This document shows positions 41,407 through 51,224 of a DNA stretch of 64,000 nucleotides, in pieces; position 1 is the stretch's first letter; each line of letters starts with the position of its first letter. The stretch comes from Candidatus Doudnabacteria bacterium (GTDB lineage: Bacteria; Patescibacteriota; JAQUNI01). The position numbers and the translations under genes were made by a program. The notes under the pieces were generated by a model, which was given only the letters and a program-made list of their open reading frames with translations, ran no database searches and was not told the DNA's origin. Location of the stretch: contig JBAZQX010000008.1 of assembly GCA_041644975.1 (NCBI GenBank), forward strand, positions 334-64,333. Reading direction: 5' to 3'.

Positions 41407-43080
41407 ATGACAAAAACATCAACTATCACCTATCCTCCCGTTATCGGAGGACAATCACCCCTAACAAAAACGAAGCGAGCGGCAACCTACATCAGATGTT
41501 CCTCTGATGAAGCAAAAAAAGAAGGCTATAGCCCGGAAACTCAAGAAGAAAAATCAAAGGAACTTATAAAAAATTTTGGATGGCAGCTTAATAAAAATCA
41601 CATTTATCTTGATATTGGATTCTCGGGTAGCACCGATAAACGACCTGAATTACAACGATTATTAAGAGATGCAGAAAATAAAGAATTTGATGTTGTGGTT
41701 GTTTATAGAATGGATAGATTTTTCAGAAACCTCAGATTATTACTAAATACTGTCGGAGAACTAAAGGAACTTGGAATAGAATTTAAATCTGTCACCGAAC
41801 CATTTGATACTTCAACCCCTACTGGTAGGGCAATGTTCGCAAACGCAGGAGTATTTGCGGAATGGATGAGAGAGGTGGGGTTGGAGGCGAGGAACGAAGG
41901 CATGATAAAAGCAATGAAAGAAGGAAAATGGTTGGGAGGGACTCCTCCATACGGTTACAAGTTAAATAATGACAAACATAAATTAGAGATTGACGAAGAA
42001 GAAACCCCAATAATTAAAATGCTCTTCGGGTGGCTTGTAGATGAAAAGTTAAGCGAATATAAAATTCAGCAAAAAATAAACGCAATGAAGATTCCTACTA
42101 AATATGACAGATTAGGAAGAGAAAAGAAAACAAAGAGTAAATGTTGGTGGAACCGAAGAGTTATAGGAAGAATATTAAGAAGCGAAATCTATACAGGAAC
42201 ATTCTACTATAGAAGATATAAATATCCTGGAAGAGTAAAAGGAGAAAATAATTTAAGACCAAAAGAGGAATGGATTAGGGTTGAAGATAAAAATCTCAAA
42301 ATCATTCCCCGAGAGTTCTTTGAAAAAGCCCAACAGCAATTGAAAAAGAATAAAGAGTTATCACCTAGAAACACTAAGCAGATTTATACGCTCCAACATA
42401 AAATCATCTGTGGTCTTGATGGTTATTATTATCAGTGTGCGACGAGACATTATTCTAATAAATTTGGCCACGGAGAAACTAAATACTATTTCTGCTCAGG
42501 AATTAGGCCCTGTTTTACTCCCAAACGATGTTCTGCTCCAAGTGTAAGCGAATCACGGATTCTTCCTCCTGTATGGAAAAAACTCAAAGAAATTCTCACT
42601 GATCCAGAAGTTATAATGCGAGAGCTTAGAGATTACCTCAAACGGAAAAATAAGAAAAACCAAATTCACAAACAATTAAATGATATCAAAAACACTCTGA
42701 GTTCTTTGAATGCAAAACGAGAGAGATATGCTGAGCTTTATGCCGAAGGCTCTATTAATAAAGAGTTCTATGATAAAAAGACACAAGAATGCAAAAAAGA
42801 GGTGGAAAGATTAAAAAAAGAAGAAGAAAAACTCTCCCAGCTCTTACTTACCGAAGAAGAAAAACAAAAACGAATAAAATCTGTAGAAAATCTCTATCAC
42901 GAATTGAAAGAAAGCCTTAAAAGTGTTACATATGAAGTGAAAAGGGAAATTCTCCAGCGTTTAGTGGAAAAAATAGTCAAAACTGATAACAGGTTAGACA
43001 TAGAATTTAATATACCGTTTACCGAAAGTTCTCTAAAACCAGCCTCTGAATGTTTGACGGACAGCAGAAGAATTTATTGA
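41407..43080 (+). CDS. large serine recombinase (integrase)
   Basis: N-terminal resolvase domain YIRCSSDEAKKEGYSPETQ with catalytic Ser, a recombinase domain, Cys-rich zinc ribbon and coiled-coil C-terminus; 557 aa; the stop lies at the insertion junction. Confidence 0.85.
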   Translation: MTKTSTITYPPVIGGQSPLTKTKRAATYIRCSSDEAKKEGYSPETQEEKSKELIKNFGWQLNKNHIYLDIGFSGSTDKRPELQRLLRDAENKEFDVVVVYRMDRFFRNLRLLLNTVGELKELGIEFKSVTEPFDTSTPTGRAMFANAGVFAEWMREVGLEARNEGMIKAMKEGKWLGGTPPYGYKLNNDKHKLEIDEEETPIIKMLFGWLVDEKLSEYKIQQKINAMKIPTKYDRLGREKKTKSKCWWNRRVIGRILRSEIYTGTFYYRRYKYPGRVKGENNLRPKEEWIRVEDKNLKIIPREFFEKAQQQLKKNKELSPRNTKQIYTLQHKIICGLDGYYYQCATRHYSNKFGHGETKYYFCSGIRPCFTPKRCSAPSVSESRILPPVWKKLKEILTDPEVIMRELRDYLKRKNKKNQIHKQLNDIKNTLSSLNAKRERYAELYAEGSINKEFYDKKTQECKKEVERLKKEEEKLSQLLLTEEEKQKRIKSVENLYHELKESLKSVTYEVKREILQRLVEKIVKTDNRLDIEFNIPFTESSLKPASECLTDSRRIY

Positions 43081-44032
43081 AATCTATAATCCCGGTCCCG
43101 CAGAAATTGATTTAACAAATTGGCAAATTGATGACCAGGAAAATAAAGGCTCGCATCCTTATACTTTTCCAGAAAATTTTATCATCAAGAGAGGGGAGTA
43201 TATTACTCTCCCCTATTCTCAAACTAAAATTTCGCTGAATAACAACGACGACTGGGTCAGGCTCCTATGGCCTGATGGACAAGCCATTGACGAGGTTTCG
43301 TATTCCGATCCCCCTGAAGGCGAATCATACAATAAAACCAACAACGGCTGGCGCTGGAGCTGCGCCGCCACGCCAGGCGAACCGAACAAAATCGCATCTA
43401 ATGATGAATGCGCCGCATCGCCAGAGGAAGAAACCAAGAATTATTCGCGCGCTCTCTGGATCAATGAATTTTTACCTGATCCAAAAGGCAAAGATGAAGA
43501 AGGCGAATTTATTGAATTGCAAAATCGGGGCGAAGAAGAAATTGATTTAACTGATTGGCAGATTGATGATTGTGAAAATACTGGCTCCAAGCCGCACACT
43601 TTTCCCGAAAATACTAAAATTAAAACTAATTCTTATCTCGTCCTTTACTACAGAGAAACTAAAATATCTTTAAACAACAACGGCGATTGCGTGCGGCTTC
43701 TGAACCCCTCAAGTCAGGCAGTTGACGAAATTAAATATGGCAAAGCCAAAGAAGGACAATCTTACAGCCGCCAAAATGTGGATCATTGGCAATGGGGAAA
43801 ACCCACACCAGGCAAAGACAATGAATTTACCCAAATTTTAGCCGCAAAAAATAGTATAACGAAGAATAATCAACCTCCTGCAACCACTCCTAAACGTCAA
43901 ACTTTACCCCAAACCGGACCAAATATATATTTTTATTTCTCCCTTATCTTCCTATTTTTCTTTCTTTTTTCTTTGACAAAAATTAAAAAATATTATAAAA
44001 ATAGAAGTTGCTCCTTTATCAAATCTGCTTGA
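43058..44032 (+). CDS. LTD protein, 3' portion of the interrupted gene (no own start codon)
   Basis: The frame is open from 43058. EEFIEIYNPGPAEIDLTNWQIDD and a second LTD repeat (GEFIELQNRGEEEIDLTDWQIDD), then a C-terminal TM anchor. Confidence 0.6.
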   Translation, partial: RTAEEFIEIYNPGPAEIDLTNWQIDDQENKGSHPYTFPENFIIKRGEYITLPYSQTKISLNNNDDWVRLLWPDGQAIDEVSYSDPPEGESYNKTNNGWRWSCAATPGEPNKIASNDECAASPEEETKNYSRALWINEFLPDPKGKDEEGEFIELQNRGEEEIDLTDWQIDDCENTGSKPHTFPENTKIKTNSYLVLYYRETKISLNNNGDCVRLLNPSSQAVDEIKYGKAKEGQSYSRQNVDHWQWGKPTPGKDNEFTQILAAKNSITKNNQPPATTPKRQTLPQTGPNIYFYFSLIFLFFFLFSLTKIKKYYKNRSCSFIKSA

Positions 44033-44069
44033 ACCTTAAACGCAAAAAAACACCAACTGGAGGTATAAA

Positions 44070-44591
44070 ATGTCAGAACAAACGAGCGGAAAGTTAAACC
44101 TGGAATTATTACTTAAGGAACTGCGGCTTTGGAATGAATTTCAAAAAATTCAACCCCAAGACTACATTGAACCAAGATACCCCCGGAACCCAAAACTTGA
44201 GGGAGAAATAGGAGAGATGAATGATGAGCAAAGAAAGCTCTTTACTTTGATTGATAGGAAGCAAACCATCATTGAAAAAATTATAACCAACATTGATGAA
44301 AGTGCCCTTAGCGACGCAGATTTCTACCTCCAAGTAGAAAAAAACCCTAAATTGCAAAACTTAATAAAGACTGTAGATCTGCTCATACCTGCGTTAACGA
44401 CCTTGATTTTTAACGCAAATCCGACAATAGACCGTAAAGAAAAAGTTGCTTTGCGTCAGGGCTTCAAAATCGTCAAAATGAAACGTGAAGTGAGAGCGCT
44501 TTTACAAACACAAAATATCGTTACCCTCATTCTACCACTCACTAATGGCAGCGGGGTCGCAGAAATTTTTTACTCAATGTCGTATAATTAA
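44070..44591 (+). CDS. hypothetical protein (173 aa)
   Basis: ORF with RBS-like ggaggt upstream. Confidence 0.4.
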   Translation: MSEQTSGKLNLELLLKELRLWNEFQKIQPQDYIEPRYPRNPKLEGEIGEMNDEQRKLFTLIDRKQTIIEKIITNIDESALSDADFYLQVEKNPKLQNLIKTVDLLIPALTTLIFNANPTIDRKEKVALRQGFKIVKMKREVRALLQTQNIVTLILPLTNGSGVAEIFYSMSYN

Positions 44592-44788
44592 ATACCACAA
44601 GCACGCCTTGTGGTTTTTTTCTTGCCAGAATTAAAGATTGAAATTCTCCCCTCTTTCCGCTATAATATGTTTGAAGTTTGAATTGGATAATTTTTAATTT
44701 TCATTTTACATTTTTTACCCCATTAAATAATTCGCTGAAAGCGAATTGCCGCGAAGCGGCATTTAATGGGGTGAATTTTACATTTCCT

Positions 44789-45502
44789 ATGTCCGGTCAT
44801 TCTAAATGGGCAACCATTAAACATCAAAAGGGGGCCACGGATCAAAAACGAGGCAAAATTTTTACCAAAATCGGCCATATGATCGCGATCGCGGCCAAAG
44901 AGAGCGGCGGCGATCCAACGATGAATTTTAAACTGCGCCTTGCTTTAGAAAAAGCCAAACAAGTGAATATGCCGCAATCTACGGTTGAAAAGGCAGTGAA
45001 GCGCGGGACTGGCGAAGGAGCAGAAGGCCAAATTGAGGAGGCAACCTATGAGGCTGTGGGGCCCGAGGGCTTGGCAATTATCATTAAAACAGCCACCGAT
45101 AACAAAAACCGCGCCCTTTCCGAGATTAAAAATATCCTTGCTAAAAATGGCGGCAAATTGGGAGAAAGCGGTTCTCTTTCTTGGCAATTTACACCTTGCG
45201 GTATTATTGAGCTAGGAGCATACAAATTCTCCGAGGAGCAGGAACTTGCAGTAATTGAAGCCGGCGCCGAAGATATCAAAATTGAAAATAACGAGACCTT
45301 GATTTATACCACGCCCCAAGACCTTCAAAAAGTCAAAGAAAAACTAGACGCCCTGCAAATCAAAATTGAATCCGCGGAGCTCGGATTTGTACCTAAAAAT
45401 ACTGTTGCTATTGATGTTTCCAAGGTAGAAAAATTATTGAATGCTTTAGAAGAGCACGATGATGTGCAGGAAATTTACACAAATCTAAAAAGTAATCCGT
45501 AA
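44789..45502 (+). CDS. yebC: YebC/PmpR-family transcriptional regulator
   Basis: MSGHSKWATIKHQKGATDQKRGKIFTK N-terminus; the ORF opens at 44678 but the conserved start is MSGHSKW. Confidence 0.85.
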   Translation: MSGHSKWATIKHQKGATDQKRGKIFTKIGHMIAIAAKESGGDPTMNFKLRLALEKAKQVNMPQSTVEKAVKRGTGEGAEGQIEEATYEAVGPEGLAIIIKTATDNKNRALSEIKNILAKNGGKLGESGSLSWQFTPCGIIELGAYKFSEEQELAVIEAGAEDIKIENNETLIYTTPQDLQKVKEKLDALQIKIESAELGFVPKNTVAIDVSKVEKLLNALEEHDDVQEIYTNLKSNP

Positions 45503-45585
45503 TCAGTAACTAGTAATTAGTACAAATCGGCCTGCGGCCGATAAAAATTACTAATTACCGATTACTAATTACTGATTACTAAGAT
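45503..45585. terminator. long imperfect palindrome built of agtaat/attact units between yebC and ruvC
   Basis: gtaatcagtaactagtaattagtacaaatcggcctgcggccgat...ttactaattaccgattactaattactgattac. Confidence 0.5.
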
Positions 45586-46065
45586 ATGATCATCCTCGGC
45601 ATTGACCCTGGCACTGCAACTACTGGGTATGGCTTAATAGAGAAAGATCAAAATAGATTGACTTTGATTAAATATGGCATAATCTCTACGCCAGCCAAGC
45701 AAGATCTACCTATACGGCTTGCCACGATTTACAAGGAAATAAACAAAATAATTAAAAAAAATAAACCCGATCTTTTAGCTTGCGAGCAGATTTTCTTTTT
45801 TAAAAATACAAAAACCGCAATCACAGTGGGGCACGCAAGAGGTGTTATTTTGCTTTGCGCAGAACAGAACAAAATTCCAGTTTTTGATGCTACTCCCCTG
45901 CAAGTGAAACAAGCGGTTGCTTGTTATGGGCGTGCCGGCAAAGAGCAGGTCCAAAAAATGGTAAAAATACTGCTCAATCTAAAGGAAATCCCAAAACCCG
46001 ATGACGCGGCTGACGCCCTTGCCTGCGCCATCTGCGCCGCAAATTCTGTAAAAAGCGCAAAATAA
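45586..46065 (+). CDS. ruvC: Holliday junction resolvase RuvC
   Basis: MIILGIDPGTATTGYGL; RNase H-like fold; 159 aa. Confidence 0.9.
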   Translation: MIILGIDPGTATTGYGLIEKDQNRLTLIKYGIISTPAKQDLPIRLATIYKEINKIIKKNKPDLLACEQIFFFKNTKTAITVGHARGVILLCAEQNKIPVFDATPLQVKQAVACYGRAGKEQVQKMVKILLNLKEIPKPDDAADALACAICAANSVKSAK

Positions 46066-46169
46066 TTAGATACATCTGCGCTACAACATCACGAAGCGAT
46101 CACTTTGTGAATTAGGAGGGATTCCAATGAAAGTTAAATAGTTCTTTGAAAAAATTAAAAAACGTTTAG

Positions 46170-46230
46170 AAAAACCCAAACCCGATGATGCAGCTGATGC
46201 TTTGGCTTGTGCCATTTGCGCCGCTAATAC
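46170..46230 (+). pseudogene. duplicated fragment of the ruvC 3' end
   Basis: aaacccaaacccgatgatgcagctgatgctttggcttgtgccatttgcgccgct mirrors ruvC 45990-46050 (KPDDAADALACAICAA). Confidence 0.5.
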
Positions 46231-46514
46231 ATCTTGCAAGAAAGGAATATGAAAAGATGATAAAAGAAGTAATACCGACAGAAATCAATCCTGGTGATCG
46301 TGTAAAGATTACAAAAGAGGATGAACTTTGGGAAAAACGGGTTGTAGTAGGTATTATTCAGATCTCCAAGGAAGAATACCGTTTTATTATGGCCGGTGAT
46401 GTTGGTAAGGTTGGCATATTTAATCTCACCTACAGGGATAAAAAATGGCAATATACTGACTCTGGAGGACTGCAGACAACAGTAAAAATTAATTATATCA
46501 ATGAGGAGGGATAA
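46185..46514 (+). CDS. hypothetical protein (the first codons derive from the ruvC fragment)
   Basis: 109-aa ORF; the probable real start is the internal MIKEVIPTE. Confidence 0.35.
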   Translation: MMQLMLWLVPFAPLIHLARKEYEKMIKEVIPTEINPGDRVKITKEDELWEKRVVVGIIQISKEEYRFIMAGDVGKVGIFNLTYRDKKWQYTDSGGLQTTVKINYINEEG

Positions 46515-46668
46515 AATTACCAAAAGTCTTTCGCGCTATCTTTATAAAATAGCGCTTTTTTATTTTTTCTCCTCTTTATTCCTAATTCACAATTCCTGCT
46601 TCCCGATTCCTGTCTTGCCTCTTGCCTCAATTTAAGTTAAAATACAATTGTTTAGAAAACACAAATTA

Positions 46669-46795
46669 ACCCCTCACCTAGCGGAGATTTTTGTTTTTAT
46701 ATTCGCATCACAGCTATCTTTAAGGAGTATAAATAAAAATCAAAGGTGAGAATAAATTAAGCGAGCCTGAAGGCTCGTATCTCCGCTAGGTGAGG
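46669..46795 (+). promoter_or_regulatory. 19-bp perfect inverted repeat (cccctcacctagcggagat / atctccgctaggtgagggg) enclosing about 90 nt, whose 3' arm overlaps the RBS of the next gene
   Basis: The stem ends 12 nt before the ATG at 46807; the gaggggg in the 3' arm is the only Shine-Dalgarno-like sequence. Confidence 0.5.
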
Positions 46796-46806
46796 GGGTC
46801 AACTTT

Positions 46807-48384
46807 ATGACCAAAAGTTTATTTTTTACTATTTTCTTGACCGTCACGGCAGTCTCCTTAATCGTCAACACTGCTCTGGCGCAAGAGACCGCGCCCCTGC
46901 AAAATCAAAATCAAATCCTACCCATCCAGATTTCACCCCAAATCAAAGCCAATGCCGGCAAGGACCAAAATGTGGCGACCCAAAGAAAGGTGCTTTTTGA
47001 CGCGTCGGGGTCAATGGTAATTCCGGAGGATTTAGAAGTAAACTATGAATGGAATTTTGGCGATGGTGAAAAGGAAGAAGGCGTGGATGTAATTCATATC
47101 TATAATGAACCAGGCAACTATCGCGTCAAATTAAAAATGACTACTGGTGAGCTAGAATCCGAAGACGAAATCTTTGTCACTGTCTACAATGATCTCTTGG
47201 TGATGATCACGGATAAGACCTTGGACGATCCAGAACTTAAATCTCTGACCCAACACGCGGCGCAAAAAGGAATTTTAATTATTCCGATCCAATATGAACC
47301 TAGCGAGGCGGAATACACGGGCTTGGAAAAATTAACCCGCAAACTTGCGGAATCCTCCGCCGACTTAAAAAAATCTAATATCATCATCACCTGGACTTCT
47401 TCCTTGGCGGGACTAGAGGCGCTCGCTAAGCTTGGCCAACAAACTGAACAGATTGAAGACTTAAGTTTTAATAATAAAACAATCGTGGCAATTACGGATA
47501 AGGGTTTTGGCATCGCTTCCCGAGTGGCGCAGAGCACTTTTGATATTTTAAAACCGGAAGTAGTGCTTTTAACTCATAAAGAGGCATTAACCTCCGTCAT
47601 TGAAACGCGCACTCCCCAAAGCATTATCCCTGCCTTACGTACACAGGGAATTGAATTTAAAACTGTGGGTGTCCACAGCCAGAGGACATTAAATAAACTC
47701 GCGCCTTGGAATTTTGCTTCCTACGCGGTCAATTTTATGATCAATAAAGGCGTGCCTGCCAATACGATTCTGCTTATCCTGATGCTCCCTTTGGTCGCCA
47801 CCATCATTGCCTTTGCCCGTCAGATTTTAGGGATTAAAGCCTTTGGCATTTATATCCCTTCCGTGGTGGCTCTCTCCTTTGTGGCTACGGGCTTAAAATA
47901 TGGACTGGCGATCTTTCTTTTAATTCTCATCTTTGGTACCCTAATGCGTCTCATACTACAGAAGATTAAAATGCTCCATCTGCCCCGCATTGCGATTGTT
48001 TTAACTTTAGTCAGTATCGCGATTCTGGCGATGCTTGCTGAAGGCGCTTATCACGATCGCACCGGCCTCATTGCCGTTTCCATCTTTCCGATGTTAATTA
48101 TGATTATATTGGTAGAGCAATTTGTAAACGTCCAAGTGGACAAAGGCGCGCGCACGGCGATTAAATTAACTCTGGAAACTTTAATTCTCTCCATTATTTG
48201 TTATTTCATTGTCACTTGGCAAACCTTGCGCACGCTCATTATCGCTTATCCCGAGCTTATCTTTTTAACCATCGTCTTAAATTTTGCCTTAGGACGATGG
48301 ACGGGACTACGCGTCTCTGAATATTTCCGCTTTCGGAAAGTCATAAAGGCCATAGTACAAAAGAAAAAAGAAGAAGGAAGGTAA
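46807..48384 (+). CDS. membrane protein with signal peptide, PKD-like extracellular domain and C-terminal 7TM region (7TM partner of ATP-grasp systems)
   Basis: NYEWNFGDGE...GNYRVKLK PKD signature; seven hydrophobic helices in the last 230 aa. Confidence 0.55.
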   Translation: MTKSLFFTIFLTVTAVSLIVNTALAQETAPLQNQNQILPIQISPQIKANAGKDQNVATQRKVLFDASGSMVIPEDLEVNYEWNFGDGEKEEGVDVIHIYNEPGNYRVKLKMTTGELESEDEIFVTVYNDLLVMITDKTLDDPELKSLTQHAAQKGILIIPIQYEPSEAEYTGLEKLTRKLAESSADLKKSNIIITWTSSLAGLEALAKLGQQTEQIEDLSFNNKTIVAITDKGFGIASRVAQSTFDILKPEVVLLTHKEALTSVIETRTPQSIIPALRTQGIEFKTVGVHSQRTLNKLAPWNFASYAVNFMINKGVPANTILLILMLPLVATIIAFARQILGIKAFGIYIPSVVALSFVATGLKYGLAIFLLILIFGTLMRLILQKIKMLHLPRIAIVLTLVSIAILAMLAEGAYHDRTGLIAVSIFPMLIMIILVEQFVNVQVDKGARTAIKLTLETLILSIICYFIVTWQTLRTLIIAYPELIFLTIVLNFALGRWTGLRVSEYFRFRKVIKAIVQKKKEEGR

Positions 48385-48423
48385 AATTTCTAATTTTTTG
48401 GCTTCTCCAGAAAAATCTAACCT

Positions 48424-49878
48424 ATGTTTCAATATCTTAAAACTGCTCAAAGTATCTTGGGTATGAATGCCCGTAATTTTGACTATATTCGTCCTAGCAA
48501 TAGCCGCCGCGCGATTCGTCTCGCAAATAACAAACTAAGAACCAAACATATTCTGCAAAAAGTGGGTATTCCCGTGCCAAAATTATACGGCGTCATCGCG
48601 AACCGCACTGATCTAGATCATTTCTCTTGGGAGACTCTCCCCTCCAGCTTTGTATTAAAACCCAATATGGGTTTAGGAGGGGGTGGAATTATGGTAATCT
48701 ATGGCCGCAAAAAAAACGGCAACTGGATTAAATCATCAGGGGGAGAAGCCACAATTGCCGATTTTAAAGCCCATATTCAAGACATCTTGGACGGACGTTA
48801 TTCCATCTCTAGCGATCCGGATATCGCCTTCTTTGAGGAAAGACTCAAAAAAACTAAAAAATTCCGCCGCTTATGCTACCGCGGCACACCCGATGTCCGC
48901 ATTATCATCTACAATAAGATGCCTTTAATGGCGATGCTTCGCCTGCCCACGCGACGTTCCGAAGGCAAAGCCAATCTTCACCTCGGAGGTATTGGAGTGG
49001 GTATTGATATTGCCACAGGCATGACCACAACCGCGATCCAAGATGACCAAGTGTTAAAAAACATCCCTGGCACCAATCGCGCGCTCTCAAACATCAAAAT
49101 CCCCCACTGGAAACAAATCTTGAGGCTCGCCGTGGAAGCGCAGATTACTTCGGGATTGGGGTATCTGGGAGCGGATATAGTTCTGGATCGCGATCGCGGT
49201 CCGGTGCTCCTTGAGGTAAATGCCCGACCCGGTCTTTCTATCCAAATCGCCAATCTCTCTCCTTTAAAAGAAAGATTGGAGAGGGTGCGGGGCTTAAAAA
49301 TTAAAACTGCGGAAAAAGGCATCCGTGTCGCGCAGGAACTCTTTGGTGGTGAAGTAGAAGAAGTCAAAAAAGATGAAAAGAGCGGTAAATATATCGTGGG
49401 TTCCAGCGAATCAATTATTCTCTTTACCAAAAACGGAGAACAATATCAAATCCAAGCTAAAATTGATACGGGAGCGGGCTATAGTTCAATTAGCACCGAG
49501 CTTGCTCGTATTTTAGGTTTTGACAACGCCCTGGAAGCGATTGAAAAATATCATTTTAACACTCCCCTCACTCCCGAGCAGGCAAAAATAATGGCCCAGG
49601 AGGTTGAAGAAGAGGTGTTGAATAATTACAAAGAAATAGTAAATACAATTATTATCCATTCCGCCCATGGCACTACCTATCGCGTAATGGTTCCTTTAAC
49701 TTTTGTGCTGGCAGGCATGAAAGTGAAAACCGCTGTTTCCATTGTCAAGCGAAAACATTTAAAATATCCAATGATTATTGGCCGCAAAGATCTAAAAAAA
49801 TTTTTGGTTGACCCTGTTAAATCGTTGCAAAGCAAATTTAACAGGGTTGATCCGCATAAAATAGCTAAAACGCATTAA
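48424..49878 (+). CDS. RimK-like ATP-grasp ligase fused to a C-terminal retropepsin-like aspartic protease domain
   Basis: ATP-grasp region (LLEVNARPGLS), then KIDTGAGYSSIS (D-T/S-G-A aspartyl protease signature). Confidence 0.65.
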   Translation: MFQYLKTAQSILGMNARNFDYIRPSNSRRAIRLANNKLRTKHILQKVGIPVPKLYGVIANRTDLDHFSWETLPSSFVLKPNMGLGGGGIMVIYGRKKNGNWIKSSGGEATIADFKAHIQDILDGRYSISSDPDIAFFEERLKKTKKFRRLCYRGTPDVRIIIYNKMPLMAMLRLPTRRSEGKANLHLGGIGVGIDIATGMTTTAIQDDQVLKNIPGTNRALSNIKIPHWKQILRLAVEAQITSGLGYLGADIVLDRDRGPVLLEVNARPGLSIQIANLSPLKERLERVRGLKIKTAEKGIRVAQELFGGEVEEVKKDEKSGKYIVGSSESIILFTKNGEQYQIQAKIDTGAGYSSISTELARILGFDNALEAIEKYHFNTPLTPEQAKIMAQEVEEEVLNNYKEIVNTIIIHSAHGTTYRVMVPLTFVLAGMKVKTAVSIVKRKHLKYPMIIGRKDLKKFLVDPVKSLQSKFNRVDPHKIAKTH

Positions 49879-49920
49879 GTTGGAGGGCTGATCCGCAGTT
49901 AAAATTCACTTAAAAAATTA

Positions 49921-51219
49921 ATGACCCACTTTGACTCTAAATCTTATCTGCGATGGGTGAAAGAATATATTAAGATAAACAAGGGAGAAATTCCTCAAAT
50001 TATTACCGCGAATCAATATAGTCGTCAAAAAGACAGGGAATACTACCAAAGACTAAAATCTCTAGCCCAAAAATTCACTAAAACCTATTCCCTCCACGCG
50101 ATTACCAATGAATTGAGTGAACAAAAAAAATTCTTTCGCGCGCTTTATGAAAACAAAATCTATAATCCCATATTTCACTACAGAAAAAGCTCTCCCCTCA
50201 CTTTTAATAAAGCAGCTGCCCTAGTTAAAAAATTAAACGCTTTTCGGCGGGAGGTAAGCGGTGATGAGTCAGCCTTAGGGCAGATTTACCAACGCCGCAT
50301 CTTTGATGCCGAGAAGGCGATTATTCTTAATTCTTTGAGCCAAAAGAAAGGCTTTTCACTAGCGAGCAGAGAATATTATGAATTTAAAAAAATAAAGCAT
50401 TCAGAGCTCCCTGCTAAATTGTCATTCCCCCGTAATAAACAAGAAATTATTGAGGCCTACGAAACTGTCTATTTCGCGCAAAAAATCCTTTCTAAACTAG
50501 GTTTAAAACACAGAGCAAAAATCTCGACGATAGATAGCCGTCTCCAAGGAATTATCACAAGCAGAAAAAACATTAAAGTCGGGATTTGTACCTTGCGTTC
50601 ACCCGCCAGGATCATCCGCAGCCTAGCCCATGAAGTCCTAGGCCACGCTTTAATCTCTACTAATGCCCGGAAATATCCTGCTTTTTTCGCCCGCCACAAC
50701 TCTAGCGCGAGCATTAGGAAAGAAGAGGGTATTGCTGTAAAAATAGGCGAACTTGCTTATCAAGAACTACAAAAATTCTTAACGCCTCAAGCACGCAGCC
50801 GTCGTGAAAGCCTTATCCCCCATCTGCGCCTTAAAGCTATTTTACTAGCCCGAAAAAAATCTTTTTATCAGACGTTTATCACCTTAACTAAATTGAATAT
50901 CAACAACGACCTGGCATGGGACTTAACCCTGCGCGCCAAGAGAGGTTTGCGGTCAAGTGAAGTTAAAGGCGCCAATTACCATGACAGTCTTTATTTTTTT
51001 GGTTTAAAAGAAATCAATGCCCTAATAAAACAAGAGAATCTTGATTTAAAGCAAACCTTTATTTTACTTGATCGCCTTAGCCAAGGTAAATTCGATTTAG
51101 TGGAATTCACATTTTTAAAGCAACATTTTATCAATTATAAAAATATTGGTTTAATCCCCGCTTTTGATATTTTTAAAAAGGAGTTGACAAAGATCATACA
51201 AAGTAAATTTATTAAATAA
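49921..51219 (+). CDS. HExxH metallopeptidase-like protein of the QEGLA-motif (DUF1704) type
   Basis: SLAHEVLGHA and an EEGIAVKIGE (QEGLA-like) motif. Confidence 0.5.
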   Translation: MTHFDSKSYLRWVKEYIKINKGEIPQIITANQYSRQKDREYYQRLKSLAQKFTKTYSLHAITNELSEQKKFFRALYENKIYNPIFHYRKSSPLTFNKAAALVKKLNAFRREVSGDESALGQIYQRRIFDAEKAIILNSLSQKKGFSLASREYYEFKKIKHSELPAKLSFPRNKQEIIEAYETVYFAQKILSKLGLKHRAKISTIDSRLQGIITSRKNIKVGICTLRSPARIIRSLAHEVLGHALISTNARKYPAFFARHNSSASIRKEEGIAVKIGELAYQELQKFLTPQARSRRESLIPHLRLKAILLARKKSFYQTFITLTKLNINNDLAWDLTLRAKRGLRSSEVKGANYHDSLYFFGLKEINALIKQENLDLKQTFILLDRLSQGKFDLVEFTFLKQHFINYKNIGLIPAFDIFKKELTKIIQSKFIK

Positions 51220-51224
51220 AAAAT

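Larger units (their letters stand above)
23691..43070 (+). mobile_element. integrative element of about 19.4 kb inserted into the LTD gene, with a large serine recombinase at the right edge
   Basis: The 5' and 3' LTD gene fragments are in the same frame and orientation on either side and join to give a perfect LTD repeat (KGKDAENEFIEIYNPG). The recombinase stop overlaps the junction. Cargo: an IS200-like insertion, an Xis-like protein, a helicase/methyltransferase module. Confidence 0.65.

Noticed and set aside
23691-43070. Calling the 19.4-kb insertion a prophage
   Set aside because: No capsid, portal, terminase, tail or lysis genes are recognisable. It has only an integrase, an Xis-like protein, a restriction-modification-like module, an IS and unknowns, so the safer call is a generic integrative element.
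43219-43550. Overlapping ORFs 43219-43437 (-) and 43275-43550 (+)
   Set aside because: They lie inside the 3' LTD gene fragment, whose frame is strongly supported by repeated LTD motifs. They are out-of-frame artefacts.
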